In this document: in pieces, positions 1-9,310 of the stretch | How the letters are laid out: each line of letters starts with the position of its first letter | How positions within the stretch are numbered: the first letter of the stretch is position 1 | DNA from: Campylobacterota bacterium | GTDB taxonomy: Bacteria > Campylobacterota > Campylobacteria > Campylobacterales > Sulfurovaceae | Direction of reading: 5' to 3' | NCBI GenBank assembly: GCA_034722955.1 | Contig: JAYEOM010000035.1 | Span: 1 to 19,423, forward strand | Length of the DNA: 19,423 nucleotides | Program-made: the position numbers and the translations under genes | Notes under the pieces: model-generated | What the model saw: the letters and a program-made list of their open reading frames with translations, nothing else | What the model was told of the DNA's origin: nothing | Databases searched by the model: none

Positions 1-1
1 T

Positions 2-115
2 CTTGAGAGTTATTTAGGTTGGATGCGTTTACTTGACAAAGAGAAATCTATTACACCTGAGAAGTTATTAGGGGTAGTTTCTAGGAGGAATATGGTTTGT
101 CAACCTTTAATGTAG
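2..115 (+). CDS. 3' end of an unidentified CDS entering from the left edge (…LESYLGWMRLLDKEKSITPEKLLGVVSRRNMVCQPLM*)
   Basis: Frame 2 is open from the window edge to TAG at 113-115, while frames 1 and 3 close early. No recognisable motif. Confidence 0.35.
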   Translation, partial: LESYLGWMRLLDKEKSITPEKLLGVVSRRNMVCQPLM

Positions 116-185
116 ACAGAGCCAATAAAATTATAATAAAATTATACTTAGAAAATACGGCTTAATCTAAATTTTGGTGGAGTAA

Positions 186-306
186 ATAAAATATGCTATG
201 ATCACTGCATTAGAAGATGGATACACACAAGCTAAAGTAGCAAGGCATCTTATAGTTTGCACTATTAGAAAGAATAGATAGTGTATATTCAACGCCTGAC
301 CCGTAA
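186..306 (+). pseudogene. Degenerate C-terminal HTH fragment resembling the tail of REP-associated/IS200-like (Y1) tyrosine transposases
   Basis: 186-281 reads IKYAMITALEDGYTQAKVARHL…, an HTH-like GYTQAxVARxL pattern. A shifted frame at 280-306 reads SVYSTPDP* over TTCAACGCCTGACCC. The family match is from recall, not verified. Confidence 0.5.
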
Positions 307-343
307 TTCATATTTAGGTCTGTAATGCATCTCCTCAAATAGC

Positions 344-922
344 TTATCTATCTTTAAATACCCTAAAGTGGTCTACTATTCTATACTTCTCTAAGACATC
401 TTCCTCTTTTGCACCTTTTCCTATGTTGTGTATGATAAGTGGTTTACCATTTTTATTTAGTTTGGTTGAGCAGATGCCTATATGGTCTAACTCTTTTGGA
501 TTGCTAGGTAGCTTCCATACCACTATATCACCAGCTATAAAATCATCTTTAACTCTATATTTTCTTGATGCTAAGTAGGCTTGTATATTTTTGACTCTTC
601 TGTGGTCTATATTTGGGTCTAGCTTTTCTGTGTAGTAGAGACCTTTGTAGCGTTTTGGATTTGACTTTTTGTCTCTATATATTCTCTCTTGCAAATCTAT
701 ATCTACACCACGAAAAGCACGAACCACTACATCAGTACAGACACCTTTGCTAATAGGAATATCTCCCATTGGATATTTTATTTTTGCATATTGGGGATTG
801 TAGGTCATAGTTTTACCGATTTGTGATTGTGCAGATTTGACAAATATTTGGTAATCCTTAGCTAGCAGAAGTGAGCTAAGTAGCAATAGCATAGATAGAT
901 ATTTTTTAACTTGTAACTTCAT
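344..922 (-). CDS. DUF1287 (YijF-like) secreted protein
   Basis: Signal peptide; motifs YPMGDIP, GVCTDVVVRA, DPNIDHRRVKN, GDIVVW, HIGI, IIHNIG; AAGG ribosome-binding site upstream. Confidence 0.88.
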   Translation of the reverse strand: MKLQVKKYLSMLLLLSSLLLAKDYQIFVKSAQSQIGKTMTYNPQYAKIKYPMGDIPISKGVCTDVVVRAFRGVDIDLQERIYRDKKSNPKRYKGLYYTEKLDPNIDHRRVKNIQAYLASRKYRVKDDFIAGDIVVWKLPSNPKELDHIGICSTKLNKNGKPLIIHNIGKGAKEEDVLEKYRIVDHFRVFKDR

Positions 923-1082
923 AAGAGTTGACCTTATTTCAATTTATGCCAATTTTACACTAAAATGATAAAGAGATTATTGAAGCCAAGTCTGGTATAT
1001 TTGTACTTGTCAGCCCCTAGCTAAAACTATATACTATGAAATATGTAGTAAAATTATAGACATTATCTACGAGGTGTACCAA

Positions 1083-1817
1083 ATGAAAGAGAAAAAAATT
1101 GATAAAATGCCGGCTAGACTGGATTTTATACAGAGTGCTACAGGAGTAATCTTGGGCCTGTTTATTATGGGGCATATTATATTTGAATCTTCTATCTTGA
1201 TCAGTCAAGAGATGATGTACAGAGTCACGCTTATGTTTGAGGGGTACTACTTTTTTGGGGAGACATACCCTGGTATCATCTCATTTTTAGCAGCAGCTAT
1301 CTCTCTCATATTTGTACTGCATGCTCTCATAGCACTCAGAAAGTTCCCCTCCAAATACCAAGAGTATAAAACGATGAAAACCCATGTCTTGAGGATGAAA
1401 CATGAAGATAGCTCTCTGTGGATGATCCAAGTCATCACTGGGTTTGTGATGTTTTTCATAGGATCAATACATCTATATAGTATGATAACACACCCTAGTG
1501 ACATCGGTCCCTATGCCTCATCTGTCAGGATAGTAGATGAGTATATGGGCCCCCTCTATCTGGTACTGCTGATCTCTGTAGTCAGTCATGCTTTTATCGG
1601 TCTATATCGCCTTGCGTTGAAATGGGGTTTTATGGAGGGCAGAGATAGCAAGAAGTCGCGTCGTATCTTTAAGTTTTTGATGCATAGTCTCATACTTATC
1701 TATATCATTTTAGGTACACTCTCTCTAGCTAAATATACCTATATCGGATATACACACAACTTCCAAGAGGGTGAACGCTACCACTCCAAAACAATCAATC
1801 AGGAGAGTATCAAATGA
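1083..1817 (+). CDS. frdC: Quinol:fumarate reductase dihaem cytochrome b subunit
   Basis: [36 protein letters not shown] and [14 protein letters not shown] supply the four haem histidines. GAGG at 1071-1074 favours the ATG at 1083 over the GTG at 1074. Confidence 0.95.
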   Translation: MKEKKIDKMPARLDFIQSATGVILGLFIMGHIIFESSILISQEMMYRVTLMFEGYYFFGETYPGIISFLAAAISLIFVLHALIALRKFPSKYQEYKTMKTHVLRMKHEDSSLWMIQVITGFVMFFIGSIHLYSMITHPSDIGPYASSVRIVDEYMGPLYLVLLISVVSHAFIGLYRLALKWGFMEGRDSKKSRRIFKFLMHSLILIYIILGTLSLAKYTYIGYTHNFQEGERYHSKTINQESIK

Positions 1818-3802
1818 AAGTTATCTATACCGATGTTTTGATCATAGGCGGTGGTCTCGCAGGATTGAGGGTAGCAACGGGGGTCAAAGAGAGAGGTCAT
1901 GATACAGTTGTTTTGACACTTGTGCCTCCCAAACGGTCACACTCTTCAGCTGCACAGGGTGGTATGCAGGCGAGTTTGGCAAACTGCTATATGGGTAAAG
2001 GAGATGATGAAGATGTACACTTCACCGATACGATCAAGGGGAGTGACTGGGGTGCAGACCAAGAGGTTGCCAGGATGTTTACTCACTGTGCCCCCAAGGC
2101 CATCCGTGAACTTGCTGCTTGGGGTGTACCATGGAGTAGAGTCCATAGAGGCGAACATGATGCGATCATCAATGCCAAAAAAGTCACCATCACAGAGAGA
2201 GATGAGTCACATGGTCTCATAACTGCCAGAGATTTTGGAGGTACCAAAAAGTGGCGTACCTGCTACACCTCAGATGGCACAGGACACAGTATGCTCTATG
2301 CTATGGATAACAAAGCACATGATGACAAAGTAGAGATACATGAGAGACAAGAGGCTATATCTCTGATGCATGAAGATGGACGATGTTATGGTGCTATAGC
2401 TAGAAATCTGATGAGTGGTGAGCTTGTCGCTTATGTATCCAAAGCAACGACAATAGCGACAGGCGGGTATGGCAGGATCTATGCTGTCTCCACCAATGCT
2501 ATCATCTGTCAAGGCATGGGTCAAGCTATCGCTCTGGAGACGGGTATCGCCACACTAGGCAATATGGAGGCGATTCAGTTTCACCCCACTGCCATCGTCC
2601 CGGTAGGTATCTTGACGACAGAGGGGTGCCGTGGTGACGGTGGACTTCTACTGGACAAAGATGGCTATCGATTTATGCCCGACTATGAACCTGACAAGAA
2701 AGAGTTAGCATCCAGAGATGTCGTCAGTCGCAGAATGACAGAGCATATGCGTAAAGGCAAAGGTGTAAAGTCTCGTTATGGAGATCATCTCTGGCTGGAC
2801 ATCACTATACTAGGACGAAAACATATAGAGAAGAACCTCAGAGAGGTCAAAGAGATTTGTGAAAATTTCCTAGGGATAGACCCGGCAGAGGAGTGGATAC
2901 CTGTACGCCCCACTCAGCACTACTCTATGGGCGGTATCCGCACTACATATAGAGGAGAGTCACAAACACTCAAAGGTCTATACTCTTGCGGTGAAGCTGC
3001 CTGCTGGGATCTCCATGGATTCAACCGTCTTGGCGGGAACTCTGTCAGTGAAACTGTTGTCGCAGGGATGCTTGTATCTGAGTATATATCTGACTTTTGT
3101 GATAGCCCCGAGAGTGGTGTCAATATACACGGCTCAACAATAGAGAAGTTCCTGATAGAGGAGCAGGAGAAACTTGAAGCACTCCTGACCAAAGAGGATG
3201 GAGAGGATGCCTATGAACTTCGCCGCCGTATGGAGGAGATCATGATGGAAAAAGTAGGTATCTTCAGAAATGGCAAAGATCTGCAAGATGCAGTAGATGA
3301 GCTAGAGTCTCTCTACAAACGCTCCAAAAATATAGAGGTATTTAGATCCAAAAGCCGTGCTGCCAACCCAGCCCTAGTCAATGCCTACAGAACACAAAAG
3401 ATGCTCAAAGTAGCACTCACTGTTGCCTATGGAGCCCTGCTCAGGACAGAGAGCAGAGGGGCACACTCCAGAGAGGATTATCCCAAAAGAGATGATGCCA
3501 ACTGGCTCAAGAGAACGATCACTAGCTGGCCAGAGAGATGGCAGACCATGCCTACTGTTGCTTATGAGGAGATACCCATATCCAAGATGGAACTACCTCC
3601 GGGGTTTCGTGGCTATGGCAAAGATTTGACAGAGCATCATCCCGAAACAGAGATAAGACAACATATAGCAGATATGATTACAGAGAAGCTCAAAGGCAAG
3701 GGTGCTTCTCGTTTTGAGATCCAAAATGCACTCATGCCTTGCAGAGATAAATTACCCCCAAAATACCGGGGTACCAATGAACGATTAGGAGAAGATCTAT
3801 GA
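1814..3802 (+). CDS. frdA: Fumarate reductase flavoprotein subunit
   Basis: GGGLAG FAD motif, [10 protein letters not shown] (covalent-FAD His), [52 protein letters not shown] overlap with frdC. Confidence 0.97.
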   Translation: MKVIYTDVLIIGGGLAGLRVATGVKERGHDTVVLTLVPPKRSHSSAAQGGMQASLANCYMGKGDDEDVHFTDTIKGSDWGADQEVARMFTHCAPKAIRELAAWGVPWSRVHRGEHDAIINAKKVTITERDESHGLITARDFGGTKKWRTCYTSDGTGHSMLYAMDNKAHDDKVEIHERQEAISLMHEDGRCYGAIARNLMSGELVAYVSKATTIATGGYGRIYAVSTNAIICQGMGQAIALETGIATLGNMEAIQFHPTAIVPVGILTTEGCRGDGGLLLDKDGYRFMPDYEPDKKELASRDVVSRRMTEHMRKGKGVKSRYGDHLWLDITILGRKHIEKNLREVKEICENFLGIDPAEEWIPVRPTQHYSMGGIRTTYRGESQTLKGLYSCGEAACWDLHGFNRLGGNSVSETVVAGMLVSEYISDFCDSPESGVNIHGSTIEKFLIEEQEKLEALLTKEDGEDAYELRRRMEEIMMEKVGIFRNGKDLQDAVDELESLYKRSKNIEVFRSKSRAANPALVNAYRTQKMLKVALTVAYGALLRTESRGAHSREDYPKRDDANWLKRTITSWPERWQTMPTVAYEEIPISKMELPPGFRGYGKDLTEHHPETEIRQHIADMITEKLKGKGASRFEIQNALMPCRDKLPPKYRGTNERLGEDL

Positions 3803-4551
3803 GTGAGATAGAGCAGACTGGAGGACCGAGGATTCTAAAGATAAGCATACTTCGTTTCGACCCGCATGATCGGGATGATTTCCCTCATATGGAGACTTTT
3901 GAGATAGAAGAGGCAGATGGCATGACACTCTTTGTTGCCCTTAATGAGATAAGAGAGCACCATGACAATGCTCTCAAATTTGACTTTGTTTGCCGTGCAG
4001 GTATCTGCGGAAGCTGTGCGATGCTAGTCAATGGTCGCCCTACACTTGCATGCAGAACACTGACCAAAAAGCTTGATGAGGAGTTTACTCTTGCACCTCT
4101 TCCTCTCTTTGAACTCATCGGAGATCTCTCTATCAATACAGGAAAATGGATGAGAGATCTCGATAAAAAACTGGAGACTTGGATACACGATAAAGAGCAG
4201 GTGCTCAATGTCGACAAACTCGAAGAGAGAATGGAGCCAGAACTCTCCGATGAGATCTATGAGCTCGATCGCTGCATCGAGTGCGGATGTTGTGTCGCGG
4301 GATGCGGTACGATCCAGATGAGGCACCACTTTGTCGGTGCAGTAGGTCTCAACAAAATAGCCCGCTACCACCTCGATCCTAGAGACAAACGAGATGACAG
4401 GGATTATTATGAACTCGTTGGCAATGAAGATGGTGTTTTTGGGTGTATGACTCTACTAGGCTGTGAAGATGTATGTCCCAAAGACCTACCACTCCAAAGC
4501 AAGATCGCTTACCTGAGAAGAGTGATGTTGAGAACAGGGTTAAAAGGGTAA
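3799..4551 (+). CDS. frdB: Fumarate reductase iron-sulfur subunit
   Basis: CRAGICGSC…C (2Fe-2S), [11 protein letters not shown] (4Fe-4S), [12 protein letters not shown] (3Fe-4S); ATGA overlap with frdA. Confidence 0.97.
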   Translation: MSEIEQTGGPRILKISILRFDPHDRDDFPHMETFEIEEADGMTLFVALNEIREHHDNALKFDFVCRAGICGSCAMLVNGRPTLACRTLTKKLDEEFTLAPLPLFELIGDLSINTGKWMRDLDKKLETWIHDKEQVLNVDKLEERMEPELSDEIYELDRCIECGCCVAGCGTIQMRHHFVGAVGLNKIARYHLDPRDKRDDRDYYELVGNEDGVFGCMTLLGCEDVCPKDLPLQSKIAYLRRVMLRTGLKG

Positions 4552-4554
4552 AGT

Positions 4555-6459
4555 ATCAAATATACTTTACTCAAAAAAGAGAATCTCATATCATATATCG
4601 GTGGTGCTATATTTGTACTGATCTTTATCTGGGGCTATAGATACATAGATAACAGTTGGTATGACTATAGAGATGACGGCATTATCACTATGAGTGTAGC
4701 TAAAAATTTAGTTGATGCCGGATTTATAGGGGTTAGTATCTCAGGGCCGATTGTCGAAGCATCATCAAGTCCAATGCAAGTTTTTATCTATGCTTTAGCA
4801 TATCTATTTACAGATGTCAATTATGCCAATTTCTCATATTGGCAAACTATCATAACTACCTTTTTGATCGGTTTTATATTTATTAGATTCTTCTCAGAAA
4901 GAGCTGTCACAGCGGTTTTTATGACAACAGTAAGTGCATTTGGATTGACTTTTTTTTATCCATTCTTTGAGTGGCATGCCTCTGGGATGGAAAATGCAAT
5001 TACACATCTGCTATTTTTATCTACCTTATATATTTTATTTAAATCTGTCAAAGAGAATCACATAAATTATTGGCTATCTGTAGTTCTGTTTTTTGCAACT
5101 ATAGCAAGACTCGATAGTGTTTACTATATTGCGATTTTACTGATAATATACTCTATTTATTGGAAGAGCAGATATGAAAATCTAGGAGCATTTTACTTTT
5201 CACTTCTTGTCTTTATCATGTGGCTGCTATTTCATTCATGGCGCTACTATTACTTTGGAGACTTATCATCAAATACTGCTCATGCCCAAAGGATCTCTAT
5301 AGATTCAGTGGGATACAGAGTAGAGCTATTTATTTATGGTGGTATCAACTACCTAAGAAGTGTTTTGAAATTGGCTGGTACTATATTTGTCAAAGAGGCT
5401 GGACTATTTCTATTTGCTTTTGCAATATTTGCATATCTCTCAAGGTACACAAAAGAGTGGATTGAAGTTAAAATAGATAAAAACTACAAATTTCTTTTGA
5501 CTCTATCGGTATCTCTTATGGTTAGTTCATTTTTTACTCCTATTGTATTTGGATTGGCTAGAATAGATCCTACAAGAACTACTACTCAAACAACATTAGT
5601 TATTTTTCTTTTTGTCTCTGTAGTACTATACTCAACCAAAATATACCACTATCCCAATATTATCTCTCTAAGGCAAAATCTAAAAAAGAGAACTCTACTA
5701 CTTCTCTCTCTCGGCACAATAGTTGCATCTAGTGTCTATTATTATAAAAACAATAGAGCCTATTATTTAGGTTTTAGTATAGATAGATTTGATAAAACGC
5801 GTAATAAAATTATGAGTATTGCAAAAAATAACAATATCAATAGACCTACGATTTCAAATCCGGATATAGGTATAGTGACTTGGCATAAGGAGCTAAATAT
5901 CATAGATCTTGGCAAACTCGGCACTCCTATAGTGGCAAAATTGGGCAATGGTCCTATGATGACAGAGTATTATCTGAAATATGGATTGCCTGATATTATC
6001 GAAGCACATGGTGGCTGGATACGAAACTTCTGCAAATCAATTTTTTTAAAAGAGGATTTTATAAAATTATATTCACAAGTAGATAGCCAATACGATATGA
6101 AAAATATCTGCTCATCAAATAAAAATCCACCAAAAATCTATTGGATCAGAGATGACATCATGCTAGAAAGCCATAGTTCTGAGCGTAAACTGTTAAATGA
6201 TCTACAAGATAACTTATCGGTAGAGCGAATAGAAGATGAAATCTCAACCTGTCACTCTACCGATCTAGACTGCTATTATATAGCAAGAACCGTATATAAA
6301 TTTATACCCGAGCTGAGGGAGTCAAATAAATTTGAAAAAGTTTATACTCTCTTTAACTCTAAAGCAGAAAAAGCACTTTTGAGGGGCTGGAGAGATGGAC
6401 AAGCTCATGAGGTTATTATCGACACTATACGAAACAGTATAAACTCCAACCAAATATGA
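4555..6459 (+). CDS. Polytopic membrane protein, probable GT-C-fold glycosyltransferase (AftB/PMT-like N-terminal loop); start uncertain, first ATG at 4690
   Basis: Frame is open from 4552. A TM helix is followed by RDDGIITMSVAKNLVDAG…GPIVEASSSP, matching the DD…ARN…VEG.TSP pattern. SGMEN, ARLD and DIG…IIDLGKL follow, with about 11-13 hydrophobic segments and a soluble C-terminal domain. Confidence 0.65.
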   Translation: MKYTLLKKENLISYIGGAIFVLIFIWGYRYIDNSWYDYRDDGIITMSVAKNLVDAGFIGVSISGPIVEASSSPMQVFIYALAYLFTDVNYANFSYWQTIITTFLIGFIFIRFFSERAVTAVFMTTVSAFGLTFFYPFFEWHASGMENAITHLLFLSTLYILFKSVKENHINYWLSVVLFFATIARLDSVYYIAILLIIYSIYWKSRYENLGAFYFSLLVFIMWLLFHSWRYYYFGDLSSNTAHAQRISIDSVGYRVELFIYGGINYLRSVLKLAGTIFVKEAGLFLFAFAIFAYLSRYTKEWIEVKIDKNYKFLLTLSVSLMVSSFFTPIVFGLARIDPTRTTTQTTLVIFLFVSVVLYSTKIYHYPNIISLRQNLKKRTLLLLSLGTIVASSVYYYKNNRAYYLGFSIDRFDKTRNKIMSIAKNNNINRPTISNPDIGIVTWHKELNIIDLGKLGTPIVAKLGNGPMMTEYYLKYGLPDIIEAHGGWIRNFCKSIFLKEDFIKLYSQVDSQYDMKNICSSNKNPPKIYWIRDDIMLESHSSERKLLNDLQDNLSVERIEDEISTCHSTDLDCYYIARTVYKFIPELRESNKFEKVYTLFNSKAEKALLRGWRDGQAHEVIIDTIRNSINSNQI

Positions 6460-6555
6460 CCCTCTTGATGATACTTTTTCTGAATAGACAATATAATATG
6501 CATACCATTATTGAATTTTACAAACCTAAAATAATTTTTTTAAGTTTTATCCTAG

Positions 6556-6561
6556 TATAAT
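6556..6561 (+). promoter_or_regulatory. Sigma70 -10 box for the hybrid kinase
   Basis: Perfect TATAAT with a T-rich upstream region, followed by GAGGGA (6578-6583) and TTG (6594). Confidence 0.5.
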
Positions 6562-6593
6562 AATTGAATTCTAATAAGAGGGATATTAAAACA

Positions 6594-9224
6594 TTGAAAA
6601 ATAGAAATAAACTTATCTTACTTATCACTACTGTCATAGTGCTACTGAGTGCTACATCATTTTATACATATATCTCTTATCAGAAGTATACTACTGCAAA
6701 AAAGAGTGCAGAGATATCTTACATTTTAAAAAAAGTAGAATCTCTAATTTATGCTGTAGAGTCAGAGAGGATGCATAGTGTTCGCTATCTAGTTACAGAG
6801 AGCAAAAGTGATCATGATGAACTAAAAGAGTCAAGAGTCGCCGTTGATACAGCTTTGAGAGGATTAGATGATTTTATAAAAAAGAGTAGTGAGTATGGCA
6901 CCTATAGCCAAGAGACAAAACTGATCGCCGCAGATCTAAAGAGTGTGAGAAAAAATGTGGATGATCTAAGCAGTGATCATAGAGATATCTTTTTTGATGC
7001 TTACCATACCAATATTTTTGGGTCGTTGATAAGGATACTGAAAGATATCTCCAGCACTCAAAAGTCAGAGATAATTAAAAATTATCTATTGATAAGTGAG
7101 AAATACACGGAGCTTAGAGAAACCAGTCTATTGGAAAATACAATTATCTACTCTGCTCTATTTGGATCAAGAGTGATGAGCGATGAAGATATTCTATTTT
7201 GGAAGCAGCTTATAGATAAAGATCTCTTGCCTGAGTGGAGTACATTGGGATATAGTGATGTAGCTATAAAAATCCAAGAGATGCTCTCTGCAGAAGGATT
7301 TAACAGTATCGCCTCAGCAGACCGCAATATGATTTTAAGTGGAGCAGAGACAGGAGAGTACTCAATTTCTGCCAGGGAGTGGCAAAATACAATAAACAAA
7401 AAGATGAAATACTTTACTCAGGTACAGATGCTGCTGCTTGCTGAGATACAGAGTGCAGTAGAAGATGAGTATATATCACCCAAGAGAGTGGTCTTGATTA
7501 TAAGCGGTTTTGCACTGCTTCTGCTTCTGCTTGTTCTGATCAAACTTTTTACAATGTTCGAGAAGAGAAGTAAAGCTCAAGAGATATCCAAAGACACTCT
7601 CAAAGATATCGAGGTAGTTTTTAGCGGAAATCAACAAAAAGAGATCACTAGATTGATAGAAAATGGAAATATTGATCATATATATAAGTTTCTAATACAA
7701 GCGATCAAAGATGCCAATCAGACAAAAGATCTTTTTCTCGCCAGTATGTCTCATGAGATACGAACTCCTCTCAATGGGATCGTTGGATTTACAAATTTAC
7801 TGAAAGAGACAGATGACAAAGAGGAGCAGGCAGAGTTCATCTCCGTGATAGAGAAGAGTTCTGCAAATCTGTTGACAATTGTAAATGATATTCTTGATCT
7901 ATCCAAGATAAAAGCACAAAAGATAGATCTAGAGAGTATAGAGTTTGATCCTATAGACACCTTTGAATCTGCTGTTGAGTCATATGCTGCCAAGGCTGCT
8001 GAAGAGGAGATCGATTTTAATATATTTTTGGATCCAGAGCTACCTACACTACTGATAGGTGATCCTACAAAAATATCTCAAATAATTATAAACCTTATAA
8101 GCAATGCGATCAAATTTACCTCCAAAAATGGTGAAGTAAATGTAAGGATAGAGAAGTTGTCCGATAGTACGGACAGCGTGGAGGTTAAGTTTGAAGTCTC
8201 TGATACAGGAATAGGCATCACCAAAGAGCAGAGAAAGAATATATTTGAAGCCTTCTCCCAGGCAGATGTAAGTACTAGTAGAAAGTATGGGGGTACAGGT
8301 TTGGGGTTGTCTATATCAGGTAAATTTGTTGATCTGATGGGCGGAAAACTAAATATTTGGAGTGCTCAGGATGAAGGATCTACTTTCTACTTTACCCTAG
8401 CACTTGGAAAGCCTAAAACAGCCAAGAGAAGAGAAGTAGAGGATATGAGCTCCTATACTATTGGTGTCCTAAATCCACATATAGATGAAGAGTATTTTAT
8501 CAATGAAAATCTTGAATCATATATTGCCTACACTGGAGCTAGAGTAAAACACTATACGGATGAGTCACTATTGGCACTGAAGGGCAGAACAAAACTTCCT
8601 GATATCCTTTTCCTCGACCATAAACTCCGCCATAGAGGAGAAGAGTTTAAAAAATTCTTAGATTTTGACACAAAAATAGTAGTCATGTCAACAGGAGATC
8701 AGAAGAGAAATCTAAAGCGATTCAGATCAAAGATAGACAGGATACTCTATAAGCCCGTAAACTTTTCAAAAACACTTAAAGCACTTAGCAATAAAGAGGA
8801 TACCTCAGAGTTAGAGCAAAAAATTACTTTTGAGGATGTGCATATATTGGTTGCGGAGGACAATCTAATCAACCAAAAACTGATACTCAATGTACTCAAC
8901 AGACTTGGCATAGAGGTGAGTATCGCAAACAATGGTAAAGAGGCCCTTGATAATCGCATGGAAAATGAGTACGATATGATATTTATGGATATCCAAATGC
9001 CTGTCATGGGTGGTATGGAGGCGACTGGAAATATCTTGAGCTATGAGAGACAAAACAGCAAAACACATGTTCCTATTGTTGCATTAACGGCAAATGCAGT
9101 CTCTGGTGATAGAGAGAAGTATATAGGTGCAGGTATGGATGGATATCTCTCAAAACCTATAGAGATGGATGAGTTGCATCTGCTTCTGCATGACTATTTT
9201 GAAGATAGAATTATTGAGGGTTGA
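6594..9224 (+). CDS. Hybrid sensor histidine kinase/response regulator with NIT-like periplasmic domain
   Basis: Two TM helices flank a NIT-like domain (LIYAVESERMHSVRYL). H-box FLASMSHEIRTPLNG, N-box NLISNAIKFT, DTGIG and GGTGLGL are present, then a degenerate receiver and a canonical receiver (AEDN…FMDIQMP…LTAN…SKP). The TTG at 6594 has an RBS; the ORF track starts at 6564. Confidence 0.92.
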   Translation: MKNRNKLILLITTVIVLLSATSFYTYISYQKYTTAKKSAEISYILKKVESLIYAVESERMHSVRYLVTESKSDHDELKESRVAVDTALRGLDDFIKKSSEYGTYSQETKLIAADLKSVRKNVDDLSSDHRDIFFDAYHTNIFGSLIRILKDISSTQKSEIIKNYLLISEKYTELRETSLLENTIIYSALFGSRVMSDEDILFWKQLIDKDLLPEWSTLGYSDVAIKIQEMLSAEGFNSIASADRNMILSGAETGEYSISAREWQNTINKKMKYFTQVQMLLLAEIQSAVEDEYISPKRVVLIISGFALLLLLLVLIKLFTMFEKRSKAQEISKDTLKDIEVVFSGNQQKEITRLIENGNIDHIYKFLIQAIKDANQTKDLFLASMSHEIRTPLNGIVGFTNLLKETDDKEEQAEFISVIEKSSANLLTIVNDILDLSKIKAQKIDLESIEFDPIDTFESAVESYAAKAAEEEIDFNIFLDPELPTLLIGDPTKISQIIINLISNAIKFTSKNGEVNVRIEKLSDSTDSVEVKFEVSDTGIGITKEQRKNIFEAFSQADVSTSRKYGGTGLGLSISGKFVDLMGGKLNIWSAQDEGSTFYFTLALGKPKTAKRREVEDMSSYTIGVLNPHIDEEYFINENLESYIAYTGARVKHYTDESLLALKGRTKLPDILFLDHKLRHRGEEFKKFLDFDTKIVVMSTGDQKRNLKRFRSKIDRILYKPVNFSKTLKALSNKEDTSELEQKITFEDVHILVAEDNLINQKLILNVLNRLGIEVSIANNGKEALDNRMENEYDMIFMDIQMPVMGGMEATGNILSYERQNSKTHVPIVALTANAVSGDREKYIGAGMDGYLSKPIEMDELHLLLHDYFEDRIIEG

Positions 9225-9310
9225 AGATATTCCACTTAACTATCCTCTTTTAATTGCATATTGGCTACAATTTCACTAAGACTCTCCAAAGATCTATTTT
9301 AAGGCTTATC

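Noticed and set aside
1012..1043. AGCCCCTA…ATACTATG..ATA upstream of frdC resembles 18524-18553
   Set aside because: The match is short and gapped, and is explainable by a shared TACTAT -10-like box or by chance.
7513..7540. CTGCTT tandem repeats in the kinase gene
   Set aside because: They simply encode the poly-Leu transmembrane helix.
9254..9310. N-terminal extensions in the ORF track for gltX (also mqnA 11955-11993 and pglB 15209-15256)
   Set aside because: Downstream starts have RBSs and match family N-termini, and the extensions overlap predicted -10 boxes.
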